Below are positions 51,872-61,475 of a DNA stretch of 64,000 nucleotides, in pieces (the stretch's first letter is position 1; every line of letters begins with the position of its first letter). A program made the translations under genes and the position numbers. Under the pieces are notes generated by a model. That model did not search any database. It was not told the origin of the DNA and was given only the letters and a program-made list of their open reading frames with translations. This stretch comes from Blastocatellia bacterium (GTDB taxonomy: Bacteria > Acidobacteriota > Blastocatellia > UBA7656): the NCBI GenBank assembly GCA_963765495.1, contig CAVXWP010000016.1, positions 128,001 to 192,000 on the forward strand, written 5' to 3'.

Positions 51872-52642
51872 TTGAAAGTCAGACTTCTGCCGAGCAGCGC
51901 GGGGCGACATTCCCAGGAGCAGTCGCTAACCAGTTTCCTCATAAACGATCTGGTTTCGATTGACGGCGGCAGCATTGGATTTGCCCTGACGCCACCTGAA
52001 ATGGGCAAGGTCCGAGACATCGTGATAACGCATACGCACAGCGATCATCACGCATCTTTGCCTATTTTCATAGCCGAAGCATTCACAATGCTCGACGGAC
52101 CCGTTACGATTTACGGCCTGCCGGAAGTGATCTCGGCGTTGAGGGAGTTTATATTCAACGACAAAATATGGCCGAACTTCGAAAAGATTCCGCTTATGAA
52201 CGGCAAATCTTCTACGATAGAGTTTCGCGTCTTAGAGCCGAGAGAGACGATCGAGATTGCGGGGCTGCGCGTGACGCCAATACCCGTAAATCACCTTGTT
52301 CCGACTATCGGATTGCTGGTCGAGGACGACGGGGCCGCCGTGATCTTCACCTCCGATACTTACGTGACGGACGAGATATGGCAGCGCGGCAGAGAGAGCG
52401 AAGAGCTAAAAGCCGTCTTTGTTGATATTTCATTTCCGAACGAGCTTGGCAAACTTGCTGCCGACTCCAAGCACCTGACCCCTGAGTTGCTTGCCGGAGA
52501 GCTGAAAAAACTGAACCGGGATGCCGAAGTCTTTGCGGTCCATATCAAGCCTACCAACAGGGATCAGGTAATTCACCAGCTTGGCCTGCTCGACAATCCG
52601 CTTGTTTCAGTGGCCGAAATCGGGCGGGTTTATGAGTGGTAA
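51872..52642 (+). CDS. Class II 3',5'-cyclic-nucleotide phosphodiesterase (metallo-beta-lactamase fold)
   Basis: LTSFLIND.VSIDGG, ITHTHSDHHA, FIFNDKIWPNF, PVNHLVPT, FTSDT, SFPN..A..SKHLTP, HIKP; GGGAGG RBS before TTG. Confidence 0.85.
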   Translation: MKVRLLPSSAGRHSQEQSLTSFLINDLVSIDGGSIGFALTPPEMGKVRDIVITHTHSDHHASLPIFIAEAFTMLDGPVTIYGLPEVISALREFIFNDKIWPNFEKIPLMNGKSSTIEFRVLEPRETIEIAGLRVTPIPVNHLVPTIGLLVEDDGAAVIFTSDTYVTDEIWQRGRESEELKAVFVDISFPNELGKLAADSKHLTPELLAGELKKLNRDAEVFAVHIKPTNRDQVIHQLGLLDNPLVSVAEIGRVYEW

Positions 52643-52693
52643 CTGACGGGTGGTAATTGCCCCAGACCGGTCGCCGCAGAATTTGAAGATGTT

Positions 52694-54319
52694 ATGTCTC
52701 TAAAACTATTAATAAGAAACACCGAAACAGGACAGGTAACCGAGAACGTATTGTCTGCCCCCGAAGTGCGGATAGGCCGGTCAGCCGAATATAACGACAT
52801 AGTGCTTGACGACTCTCAGGTCTCGCGCCGACACGCGATGCTACAGCGACTGGGCAGTTCATACATGCTTGTGGACCTAAACAGCGCCAACGGCACCTTC
52901 GTTGACGGTGAGCGGATCAAAGACCGCATCCTCAACGACGGCAATTCGTTTTCAATCAGCAAGTACACGCTCACATACAAGAGCGAAGGAGCGGTTGCCG
53001 TCAAATTCGACAACCAGCGAATCGGCAACACCGTACTGCTGCGCAACCCGGAACAGGTCGCGGCAAGTATAGCGCAACTGGATAAGTCTGTTATCTCTGA
53101 AGCCGCGGTTGATTCCAAGGACTTGCTCGAAGACATAGAAGCGCTCAGGAAAAAAGCGGAAACGCTGTCGCGCCTCTACGAATTGAATCAGATGCTCGGG
53201 TCGGTCTTTTCGCTCGAAGACATATTCAAGAAAGTAAGCGAGATGTTGTTCCGTCTGACGCCGGCCGACCGTTTTCTGGTTCTGTTGAAAGACACGGGCA
53301 CGGGCAAGCTCTCTCCGGTAGCCACGGAATTCCGCATACAGGCGGGCCGGTTGATAGCCGGTGACATATCGGTCTCTCAGACTGTGATGGACCGCGTCTT
53401 AAACGAGCGAATGTCGCTGCTCTCCTTCGATGCGCAGGGCGATGAGAGGTTGAAATCGTCTCAGTCCATCATCATGCAGAATATCCATTCGGTTATGTGC
53501 GCTCCTTTGCTTGGCAAAAACGGCGTGCTGGGTGTCGTCTATGTCGATTGCCTGCAAATCATTCAGACCTTTAAGGAAGACGACCTTGAATTATTGAATG
53601 CGCTCGCGGCTGAGACCGCCATAGCCGTCGACAACGCCATAACACACGAGCAACTGGTCAGAGAAGCCCTGGCTCGCGCTACCTATGGCCGCTTCATGCC
53701 CAAGCACGTGGTTGATGCAATACTGGCCAACCCCGATCAGATAAGCATGGGAGGGTCAAACGCCCTCGTTACCATGCTCTTTTCCGACGTTCGCGGATTC
53801 ACAAGCATGTCTGAGAATCTGCCGCCTGAGACCGTAGTCCAGATGCTTAATGAGTATTTTGGCGATATGGCTCCAATTGTATTCGAGTATCAGGGTTTGC
53901 TCGACAAGTATATCGGAGACGGTTTGATGGCGCTCTTCGGCGTGCCTTATCAAAACGAAAAATCTGCCACAAACGCCGTGGCCGCCGCCGTAACCATGCA
54001 ACGCCAGATGGAAAAGGTAAACAAAGAACTAACGAATAGAGGGCTTGCTGAAATCGCCATCGGGATAGGCATAAACACTGGAACGGTGACGGTCGGCTAT
54101 ATAGGTTCGGAAGAGCGGACCGATTATACCGCGATTGGCGACGCGGTCAATCTGGCTGCGCGATTGGAAAAAGAAGCGGGCCGAGGTCAGATAATAATCA
54201 GTTATTCCACGCTCGAAGCAATCGGAGACGGCTTTCCCGTAAAGCCAAAAGGCGAAGTGCTTGTAAAGGGGAAGCGAGAAGCGGTTAAGATTTATGAGGT
54301 TCTCTGGCAGGAGGCCTGA
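52694..54319 (+). CDS. FHA-GAF-class III adenylate cyclase
   Basis: IGRS..SRRH..ANGT; GAF (SVMCAPL..GVVYVD..F.EDDL); FSDVRGFT, DKYIGDG, DYTAIGDAVNLAARLE with Lys/Thr adenine-specifying residues. Confidence 0.92.
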   Translation: MSLKLLIRNTETGQVTENVLSAPEVRIGRSAEYNDIVLDDSQVSRRHAMLQRLGSSYMLVDLNSANGTFVDGERIKDRILNDGNSFSISKYTLTYKSEGAVAVKFDNQRIGNTVLLRNPEQVAASIAQLDKSVISEAAVDSKDLLEDIEALRKKAETLSRLYELNQMLGSVFSLEDIFKKVSEMLFRLTPADRFLVLLKDTGTGKLSPVATEFRIQAGRLIAGDISVSQTVMDRVLNERMSLLSFDAQGDERLKSSQSIIMQNIHSVMCAPLLGKNGVLGVVYVDCLQIIQTFKEDDLELLNALAAETAIAVDNAITHEQLVREALARATYGRFMPKHVVDAILANPDQISMGGSNALVTMLFSDVRGFTSMSENLPPETVVQMLNEYFGDMAPIVFEYQGLLDKYIGDGLMALFGVPYQNEKSATNAVAAAVTMQRQMEKVNKELTNRGLAEIAIGIGINTGTVTVGYIGSEERTDYTAIGDAVNLAARLEKEAGRGQIIISYSTLEAIGDGFPVKPKGEVLVKGKREAVKIYEVLWQEA

Positions 54320-54413
54320 TGAGTTTTGAGTTTTGAATTTTGAGTTTTGAGTTTTGAGTTTTGAGTTTTCCTGATTCACAGAATTCAAAACTCAAAATTC
54401 AAAACTCAAAACT
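54320..54413. repeat. Inverted (TGAGTTT)n array filling the gap between convergent stops
   Basis: tgagttttgagttttgaattttgagttttgagttttgagttttgagtttt-cctgattcacagaa-ttcaaaactcaaaattcaaaactcaaaact. Confidence 0.9.
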
Positions 54414-54416
54414 ATT

Positions 54417-56045
54417 TCAAGCGCCGGCCGCGTTTCCCAGACCGAAGAATTTTATTATCCGGGCGAAGATGTCCTTCTGCGCGTGGCCCATGCGACTGGC
54501 CGTGGCTTCGGCATCAAGCCCGTCGCGGGCCGCTTCGTATTCCGTTCGGCGTCGCGCAAGCACATGAGATATATACTCGGCTATCTCGGGGCGCTTGAGC
54601 AGGATGTCGTGAAAGGCTTCTTTGTCCAGCCGGTAACATTCCACGTCTTCGAGCGCCATAACCGTAGCCGACCTCTTTTCCCCGGTCATCAAAGACATCT
54701 CTCCAAAAAAATCTCCGGGGTGCAAAACGGCAAGGCTGCGAGTCTGTCCGCTCTCAATCGAAAGAGTGACCTCCGCCACTCCTTCCGTGATGATGTAGAG
54801 CCAGTGTCCTTCGGCTCCCTGTCTGGTAATCGCCTCGCCCTTTGTGAACGGAGCGGGGACGAGTCGCTCGGCAAGCACCCGGCGCTCTTCATCGCTCAGA
54901 GTATGGAACAGGTCTACACCTGCAAGCGCGGCAAGACGACCCTCGATCTCGCGTTCCTGTTTTCTGCCCCTTCGCTTCTCGGTCTCTTCTGTGACAAAGA
55001 CGCTCTGCGCGGGGATAGAGAGCGGAATCCCGGCGCGTTTGAGCGCGAAATATATCCGCGTGCGAACTATGGAGTCGGTCGGGTCATCCACGGCCAGGTC
55101 GGTCAGCCAGTACCGCGCGGCATAGTAACAGAAACTCTCTTTGAAATCATAAAGTATGCAATGAATCTTAGGCTCGGCGGCGACCCGCTCTATCGGTTCG
55201 GCCTGGAGCGCCTCGTTTACTATCGAGATGACCTGGGTCGGCGGGACGCGAAAGTCCACGTTGAAATAGACCCACTGGCGATGCTGCGTAGCCTGCCCGG
55301 TCCTGCGGCCCAGCACCGTGACCTGCCCTTTCATCAACATGCTGTTTGGGAAAATGATCGTGTCCCAGTTGCGCGTCTCAATCGAAGTGTGCCGCCAGCG
55401 TATCTCTTTTACCTTCCCGACATTTTGATCAATCTTCACCCAGTCGCCGACGTTTATAGTCTTTTCCAGTTGCAGTGCCAGCCCGCCCATGATGTTGCCA
55501 AGCGTATCCTGAAGCGAAAAGGCGATCACAGCCGTCAGCACCGCCGATGTCGTGATTATGTCTGAAAGACTCAATCCCCCGTGCCAGAGCAACCCCATTC
55601 CAACCATGATATAGCCTAAGGCTACAAGCAGGTCGCGGAGTATTCGAGGCGTGTGAACATGGATCAGATTGAGCAGGATATCGAATATGAATATGCTCGC
55701 AAGATTTACGATTGCAATCCCGCCTATCAACAGCCCCGTGTTGAGAGTAAAGTTGCTGGACGATTTTGCTCCACTCGATTCGAACAGGCTCGATGCCGAA
55801 ATCAGCACAAGCGCCAGCAGGAAAAACCAGCTTGCCGCCCGAATGCGAGAGCGCGCGGCAGGCACATATTTCACAAGCAAGATCGCGACTACGGCAAACG
55901 TCGCGGTCACAGGCAATACGTTGTGTTTGGAATAGACGGCGCGCAAATCGTTCCAGAGGCTCGATAGATTCAGCCCTGCGGAGTCTTGCAGAACGGCAAT
56001 CGTAAGAAGGTAAAACGGTTTCTGAAGAGAGACGAAAAAATCCAT
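54417..56045 (-). CDS. MscS-family channel with C-terminal cNMP-binding domain
   Basis: TSAVLTAVIAFSLQDTLGNIMGGL, VGDWV, IRWRHT, FPNS; FFGEMSLMTGEKRSATV. Confidence 0.9.
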   Translation of the reverse strand: MDFFVSLQKPFYLLTIAVLQDSAGLNLSSLWNDLRAVYSKHNVLPVTATFAVVAILLVKYVPAARSRIRAASWFFLLALVLISASSLFESSGAKSSSNFTLNTGLLIGGIAIVNLASIFIFDILLNLIHVHTPRILRDLLVALGYIMVGMGLLWHGGLSLSDIITTSAVLTAVIAFSLQDTLGNIMGGLALQLEKTINVGDWVKIDQNVGKVKEIRWRHTSIETRNWDTIIFPNSMLMKGQVTVLGRRTGQATQHRQWVYFNVDFRVPPTQVISIVNEALQAEPIERVAAEPKIHCILYDFKESFCYYAARYWLTDLAVDDPTDSIVRTRIYFALKRAGIPLSIPAQSVFVTEETEKRRGRKQEREIEGRLAALAGVDLFHTLSDEERRVLAERLVPAPFTKGEAITRQGAEGHWLYIITEGVAEVTLSIESGQTRSLAVLHPGDFFGEMSLMTGEKRSATVMALEDVECYRLDKEAFHDILLKRPEIAEYISHVLARRRTEYEAARDGLDAEATASRMGHAQKDIFARIIKFFGLGNAAGA

Positions 56046-56075
56046 CCGGGTCAGCCCCTTTGCCTGATCGTTTAA

Positions 56076-57509
56076 TTAACCGAGTTTGAAGAATCGCTGA
56101 ATGCGGCGCAACACGGTCTCTCTTTGCATGCGTTTTTCGCTTTCAGGGACACTGTGCGCATATTCGGCGAGACGCGCCTGCCGGTCGGCGATCTTGTGAG
56201 AGAAAGCCTCGACCAGTTTGTCATTCTCGTTGAACAACTGCTCGATGGCCTGCTTTCTTATTTCGAAGATCTCGACTTCTTCCAGGGCGTTGACATCCGC
56301 CGTCCTGGGTTCGCCCGTGAAAAGCGCCATCTCTCCAAAGAAATCGCCCGCTGCAAGCACGGCCACGCGCTGAGATTGACCATTCGAACCCGAGACTTTA
56401 ACCTCGGCCTTGCCTCGATAAATTATAAACATCGAATCGCCTTCATCGCCGCGATGCAGAATCTCTTCGCCGGGAGCATAAATGTATCTGGCCAGCGAAT
56501 GGGTCAGCACAGTCCTCTCTTCATCCGTGAGCGGCTCGAAAATTTCTACCGACCGGATCACCTTATCATAGTCGGTCTCGTCGCGCTTCACCTCTACCTT
56601 CTGCCTCTCAAACAGGACGTGCCGCACGGGGAAGGGGATATGCAGATCGTTGCGGCTGAAGAGATACCATATTCGCTCTCTGATTTGCGCATCCATATTC
56701 GGGGTCCACATATAATCCTTGACCCAGTAGAGGACTTCATAGGTTACGCTCGATTCCGAAAACTCGTGGATACGCACAACGGGGATTTTTTCAGGCGAAA
56801 CCCTCGGCATAGTGCGGACGGTTTCGCGCACAAGCGGGATCACCTTTTGCGGGGGGGTCGCATAAGGAGCCGGGAACCGCAGCACGCGCCGGTTGAGGCC
56901 GTGCAGCGGGTATATTTCAAGCGGCTCGCGCGCGATCTTGCTGTTTGGGAATATGATGACGCTGTTGTTGTTTGTGCGAATGGCGGTCGTGCGCCATGTT
57001 ACCGATTCCACCTTGCCGAGCATATCGCCCATTCGAATCGCGTCACCGATGTAATAAGGCTGCTCGACGTGCAACGACAACCCGGCAAAGAAATTTCCCA
57101 GCGTGTCCTGTAATGCGAGACCGATGATAACCGTGACGACAGCCGATGTTGCGAGCACTCCGCTCAGGTCTTTCTTAAAGACAAAGCTATAGATGACAAC
57201 AAAAAGCGCCGAATATCCGATTATCGAAATCACAAGGCGAAGCAGTGCGGGCGCTTCGCGTCCCTTTCGCTTCTGAAAGATTATGTCAAACAGCACATAG
57301 CTTACGGCTCGGACTACTGTCACGCCGATGCTTATGACCAGCACCGTTTGAAAGTACACATAGCCCTGGATATCCATCAAGCCGTGGGCAAAGAGTCTGA
57401 GGATGATATAGATCAGGCCCAGCAGCAGGCTGACGGTAGCCGTCACTGTCAGCCTTTTCAGCGCCGAATTAGAGTCTTCCATTGCCTGATTGCTCGTCAT
57501 CTCATTCAC
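56076..57509 (-). CDS. MscS-family channel with C-terminal cNMP-binding domain (paralog)
   Basis: TSAVVTVIIGLALQDTLGNFFAGL, IGDAI, VTWRTT, FPNS; FFGEMALFTGEPRTADV. Confidence 0.9.
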   Translation of the reverse strand: MNEMTSNQAMEDSNSALKRLTVTATVSLLLGLIYIILRLFAHGLMDIQGYVYFQTVLVISIGVTVVRAVSYVLFDIIFQKRKGREAPALLRLVISIIGYSALFVVIYSFVFKKDLSGVLATSAVVTVIIGLALQDTLGNFFAGLSLHVEQPYYIGDAIRMGDMLGKVESVTWRTTAIRTNNNSVIIFPNSKIAREPLEIYPLHGLNRRVLRFPAPYATPPQKVIPLVRETVRTMPRVSPEKIPVVRIHEFSESSVTYEVLYWVKDYMWTPNMDAQIRERIWYLFSRNDLHIPFPVRHVLFERQKVEVKRDETDYDKVIRSVEIFEPLTDEERTVLTHSLARYIYAPGEEILHRGDEGDSMFIIYRGKAEVKVSGSNGQSQRVAVLAAGDFFGEMALFTGEPRTADVNALEEVEIFEIRKQAIEQLFNENDKLVEAFSHKIADRQARLAEYAHSVPESEKRMQRETVLRRIQRFFKLG

Positions 57510-58491
57510 AGGTTCCGGCTTTTAGCCGGGCCGCCACGCGCGCGGCTCCAAGAAGCGCCGTCTTGTCGTTCAAGATTACCTGCACGCGCATGCTGGCAAG
57601 CAGCGGAGTCAATCGCCCCTTTTCCATGAAGGCTCCGATAAAGGTCCCGTCCTTGATCTTTTCGATGAGTTTCGGAGCTATGCCTCCGCCGATGTAAACG
57701 CCTCCGACGGCCTTTAGCACCAGCGCCATATTGCCCGTAGTCGCCCCGTATATGCTGACGAATGTGTCGAGCGCCTTTACGCATAACTCGCATTCGTGAG
57801 CGAGGGCCGCGCTTGCGATGACGCCGCTCGGGTCTTCGCGCGTCATGCGCTCGTTTACAGCGGGCGATTCCTTGCCGTAATTCACGGATAAAAGGAACTG
57901 GTAGATGTTAAGCAGACCCGGACCCGAAAGCACTCGCTCTACGCTTACGCGCCCAAACCTCGTCATAAGGTAGCGGAGCAGTTCGATCTCTAAAGCATCG
58001 CGCGGCGAAAAATCTATATGCCCGCCTTCGGAGGCGGAAGGGTAGTAATTCTCTCCGTTCCAAAACAGGCTCGCCACACCAAGCCCCGTGCCCGCCGCCA
58101 CAAGCACCGCATTGCCCTTTATTGCCGCCCCCTCGTTGAGCGTGAGCATCTCTTCGGGTTTGACCGACGCTATCCCATAAGCGGTCGCCTCAAGATCGTT
58201 GATAAGTCCGACCGTTTCAAGATTCAGGCCCCGCGCCAGAGCGTGCGAATTGACTACCCAGGGCAGATTGGGCGTTATTGATTGCCCGTCCACCACGGGT
58301 CCGGCCACGCCGAAACATGCGTCCTGCATCTTTTCGCTCACGTCTGCCATAAACTCGCCGACTATCGCTTCGAGGCCGACATAATTCTTGCTTCGAAAAC
58401 TCTGTTGCCTTTGCAGACGCAGAGCCCCCGCCTCAACCTCAAACAAACCGAGGTTTGTCTTTGTGCCTCCAATGTCACCGGCCAGGATCAT
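57502..58491 (-). CDS. glk: Glucokinase (non-ROK Glk family)
   Basis: ILAGDIGGTKT, GVAGPV, INDLEA, GTGLG, SEGGH, ERVLSGPG, GGGIAPK, FMEKGR. Confidence 0.93.
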   Translation of the reverse strand: MILAGDIGGTKTNLGLFEVEAGALRLQRQQSFRSKNYVGLEAIVGEFMADVSEKMQDACFGVAGPVVDGQSITPNLPWVVNSHALARGLNLETVGLINDLEATAYGIASVKPEEMLTLNEGAAIKGNAVLVAAGTGLGVASLFWNGENYYPSASEGGHIDFSPRDALEIELLRYLMTRFGRVSVERVLSGPGLLNIYQFLLSVNYGKESPAVNERMTREDPSGVIASAALAHECELCVKALDTFVSIYGATTGNMALVLKAVGGVYIGGGIAPKLIEKIKDGTFIGAFMEKGRLTPLLASMRVQVILNDKTALLGAARVAARLKAGTCE

Positions 58492-58515
58492 TCAAACTCT
58501 CCTAACAACAGCCAA

Positions 58516-58641
58516 CAGCGCGCAGTTGGCTCGAAGTAGTAGTCTGAAAATCCACAACAAGAAAATAGCCACAACAAGAAAATAGCAGGGCTTTTCTTTT
58601 GACTTTGTCTACCACTACTTCTGACAGCCGACAACGCGCTG
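58516..58641. repeat. Imperfect inverted repeat enclosing a 17-bp direct duplication
   Basis: cagcgcg/gttggct/gaagtagt pair with actacttc/agccgac/cgcgctg; ccacaacaagaaaatag x2 at 58552-58585. Confidence 0.6.
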
Positions 58642-58663
58642 ACAGCCGAATATTGTTTCTCGC

Positions 58664-59809
58664 TCAGGAGCGATTTAGCGCGCCAAAAAGCTCTCCGGCC
58701 GAAGTCACCGCCTGTTCATACACGCGGTCGTGGCCGAGAATTTCCAGCTCTCTTGCTATCAACGCGCTTTCGCTCCAATCATCATAATTGAGGACTCGTT
58801 GTATCTGCCTCTCCTCGCCGATGGCGGCAAGAGTCTCGATGCGGTTCCCATCGCCACTCCGCCTCACGACAAAGGAGGCCGATTCATCGGCCGCGCTCGA
58901 AAACGTAGCCCTGGCCAGACCCGGCTTGATACCGGGGTCGCTTATCGAAACAAACTCAATCGTGATGTTGCGCCCGTCTGCAACCATATTGTAGATGGTC
59001 GAGTTATCGCCCGATGTGGGTGCGCCGTCTGCCAGATGCCAGCCCAGACGGCTTGCGATCCACCCGGCCAGCAACGCCGCGCGGGGTGTCACTTGAGCGC
59101 TGTCCCCGGATGCAGGCGCGTATTCGATCACCACTCGATTCATCTGATCAAGCAGAGGCCGGTACTGAGGCACATCGTAAAAACTTGCGACCAGCGCCCG
59201 CCACGCAGTGAGTCTCGCCCAGTTCAAATCGCTGATTGCGGTCCAGCGCGGGCTGTCTCGCAAAACGGCCGCGAGACTCGCCATATCTTCCTGCGGATTT
59301 GCGAAATCCGCCGAATCGATGATCACCCGATCCGAAACCTCGACCAGACGTTTGAATATTCGATCCCCGAGTCGCGGGACCGCGTTCCACCACAGATAGA
59401 CAGGCAGATCCGAAAGCAGAAGCGGGACCACGACGCTCGGCACTTCATTGATCATCTCGCCCGTGGCAGTGATCGTGACCTGCTCGCAGCAGACCTGCTT
59501 CGAGCTTCCGGTAGGAATCGTACAGCGCGATGTCACCTGCGCGTTTATCGAAGAGTCTTCGCTTTCCCGGTCGCTGACGATCAGGATCGCCCGCGACGGA
59601 TGAGTGGCAGTGACATCTATAATACAGTCATCGGCCTTTGTGAGTTCAGCCTGACTGGGAACGTAAACCAGCAGGTTTAGCAGGCACGCTCGCGTAATCC
59701 CGCTATGCTCGTCTTCGCTCGCGGCTTTCCATAAAGAGGTCAACTCACGCTCGATGGTCGCTATGTTGACCCCGGAGGGTTGCTTTGGTTGTTCAGATAC
59801 CGTGTTCAT
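58664..59809 (-). CDS. opcA: Glucose-6-phosphate dehydrogenase assembly/activator protein OpcA
   Basis: IERELTSLW, RACLLNL, HPSRAI, CCEQV, LLLSDLPVYLWW, RVIIDS, DLNWARLTAWR; immediately downstream of zwf. Confidence 0.88.
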   Translation of the reverse strand: MNTVSEQPKQPSGVNIATIERELTSLWKAASEDEHSGITRACLLNLLVYVPSQAELTKADDCIIDVTATHPSRAILIVSDRESEDSSINAQVTSRCTIPTGSSKQVCCEQVTITATGEMINEVPSVVVPLLLSDLPVYLWWNAVPRLGDRIFKRLVEVSDRVIIDSADFANPQEDMASLAAVLRDSPRWTAISDLNWARLTAWRALVASFYDVPQYRPLLDQMNRVVIEYAPASGDSAQVTPRAALLAGWIASRLGWHLADGAPTSGDNSTIYNMVADGRNITIEFVSISDPGIKPGLARATFSSAADESASFVVRRSGDGNRIETLAAIGEERQIQRVLNYDDWSESALIARELEILGHDRVYEQAVTSAGELFGALNRS

Positions 59810-59823
59810 AACTCATCCCTTCG

Positions 59824-61362
59824 TTACGGTCTTCGCCATCGTCGTCCGTCTCGCTCCATAAGCTCATCCGAGGCAGCCGGTCCCCACGTGCCTGATTCAT
59901 AGTTTGGGAAGTCCGTCGGTTTTTGCTCTTGCCAGTGTTCGAGGATAGGCATGACGATCTCCCATCCGCGTTCGGTCATATCGCGGCGCGCATAGAGGGT
60001 CGAATCTCCGAGTATGCAATCGAGCAGGAGTCGCTCGTATGCTTCGGGAGATGCTACGCCAAACGATGCGCCGTAGCGGAAATCCATGTCGACCCATCGT
60101 ATGCGCGTGGCCTGGCCGGGAACCTTTGCGCCTATTCGCAGCGTGATTCCTTCGTCGGGTTGGACGCGGACTACCAGCACATTTGGCTCAAGCTGTTGCG
60201 TGGCCACATCTTTGAATAACAGGTGCGGCGCTTCTTTGAACTGGATGGCGATCTCGGTCACGCGCTTTGGCATGCGCTTGGCCGAGCGCAGGTAAAAAGG
60301 CACGCCCGCCCAGCGCCAGTTGTCGAAAAATAGCTTCACGGCGGCGTAGGTCTCGGTGCTCGACTCGGGGTTTACATCCTTCTCGTCGCGATATGCCTTG
60401 CCGGATTTGCCTCCGACCGAGCCTTCTCCATACTGGCCGCGCACTACGAATTCATCCACGCGGTCGCGCGGTATGGGCCGGACCGCCTGCATAACCTTTA
60501 TCTTTTCATCGCGCACGGCGTTTGCCGAAAGATCCATAGGCGGCTCCATCGCCACAAGCGACAGCACCTGAAAGACGTGATTTTGAATCATGTCGCGCAG
60601 GACGCCGCTCGTGTCATAGTACCCGCCGCGATCTTCGACGCCGATTGCCTCGGCATTTGTTATCTGAACATGGTCTATGTACTGCCGGTTCCATATAGGC
60701 TCGAATATGCCGTTTGCAAATCGGAAGACCATGAGGTTCTGCACCGTCTCTTTGCCGAGATAGTGGTCGATTCTATAGACCTGATCTTCATCGAATACCT
60801 CTCCCACTTCCTGATTCAGTTGTTTTGCGGATTCGAGATCGTGGCCAAACGGTTTTTCGATGATTATGTGGGTCCATCCCTTGCCTTCGGGTTTGGCAAG
60901 GCCGGCGGCACCAAGCTGGCGAACGGCCTCGCCGTAATGGCCCGGCGCGGTCGAAAGATAAAAGACGCGATTTCCGGCCGTGCCCCGGTCGCGGTCTATC
61001 TGGTCGAGCAGTTCGCTCATCTGGCGATACGCCTCTGCGTCGCTTATATCGCCGGCAATGTAATAGAGCCCTTGAGCAAAGCTCTCCCATACGGCCTCGT
61101 CAACGCTCTTGGCTTCGGAGTAGGTGGCAATGGCATCCTTCATTTTAGCCCGGAAGTCGTCGTGGCTCATCTTCGAGCGCGAGAATCCGACTATTGCAAA
61201 TTCTGCCGGCAGCAGCCTCTCTTGCGTCAGGCGATAAAGAGCCGGGACGAGCTTGCGTTTTGTCAGGTCGCCCGAAGCGCCAAAAATTATAACGGTGCAA
61301 GGGTCGGCCGTGCGTTCGAGCCTCACGCCTTCGCGCAGGGGATTATCATTTGTGCTAGACAT
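59824..61362 (-). CDS. zwf: Glucose-6-phosphate 1-dehydrogenase
   Basis: GASGDLTKRKL, EKPFG, RIDHYLGKETVQN, RDMIQNH, WRWAGVPFYLR, EAYERLL. Confidence 0.96.
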   Translation of the reverse strand: MSSTNDNPLREGVRLERTADPCTVIIFGASGDLTKRKLVPALYRLTQERLLPAEFAIVGFSRSKMSHDDFRAKMKDAIATYSEAKSVDEAVWESFAQGLYYIAGDISDAEAYRQMSELLDQIDRDRGTAGNRVFYLSTAPGHYGEAVRQLGAAGLAKPEGKGWTHIIIEKPFGHDLESAKQLNQEVGEVFDEDQVYRIDHYLGKETVQNLMVFRFANGIFEPIWNRQYIDHVQITNAEAIGVEDRGGYYDTSGVLRDMIQNHVFQVLSLVAMEPPMDLSANAVRDEKIKVMQAVRPIPRDRVDEFVVRGQYGEGSVGGKSGKAYRDEKDVNPESSTETYAAVKLFFDNWRWAGVPFYLRSAKRMPKRVTEIAIQFKEAPHLLFKDVATQQLEPNVLVVRVQPDEGITLRIGAKVPGQATRIRWVDMDFRYGASFGVASPEAYERLLLDCILGDSTLYARRDMTERGWEIVMPILEHWQEQKPTDFPNYESGTWGPAASDELMERDGRRWRRP

Positions 61363-61376
61363 TCTCTCACTCCCTC

Positions 61377-61475
61377 GATTTTGGATTTTAGATTTCCGAT
61401 TTTAGATCATAGGATTCCATCTCCTATAATCCTCGGTCGTCAATCTAAAATCCAAAATCCAAAATCTAAAATCTA
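61377..61475. repeat. Inverted (GATTTTG/GATTTTA)n array; includes the TAG stop of gnd
   Basis: gattttggattttagatttccgattttagat ... atctaaaatccaaaatccaaaatctaaaatcta. Confidence 0.88.

Noticed and set aside
54320-54413. Repeat arrays as CRISPR
   Set aside because: Units are 7 bp in direct tandem with no unique 25-45 bp spacers, and there are no cas genes in the window.
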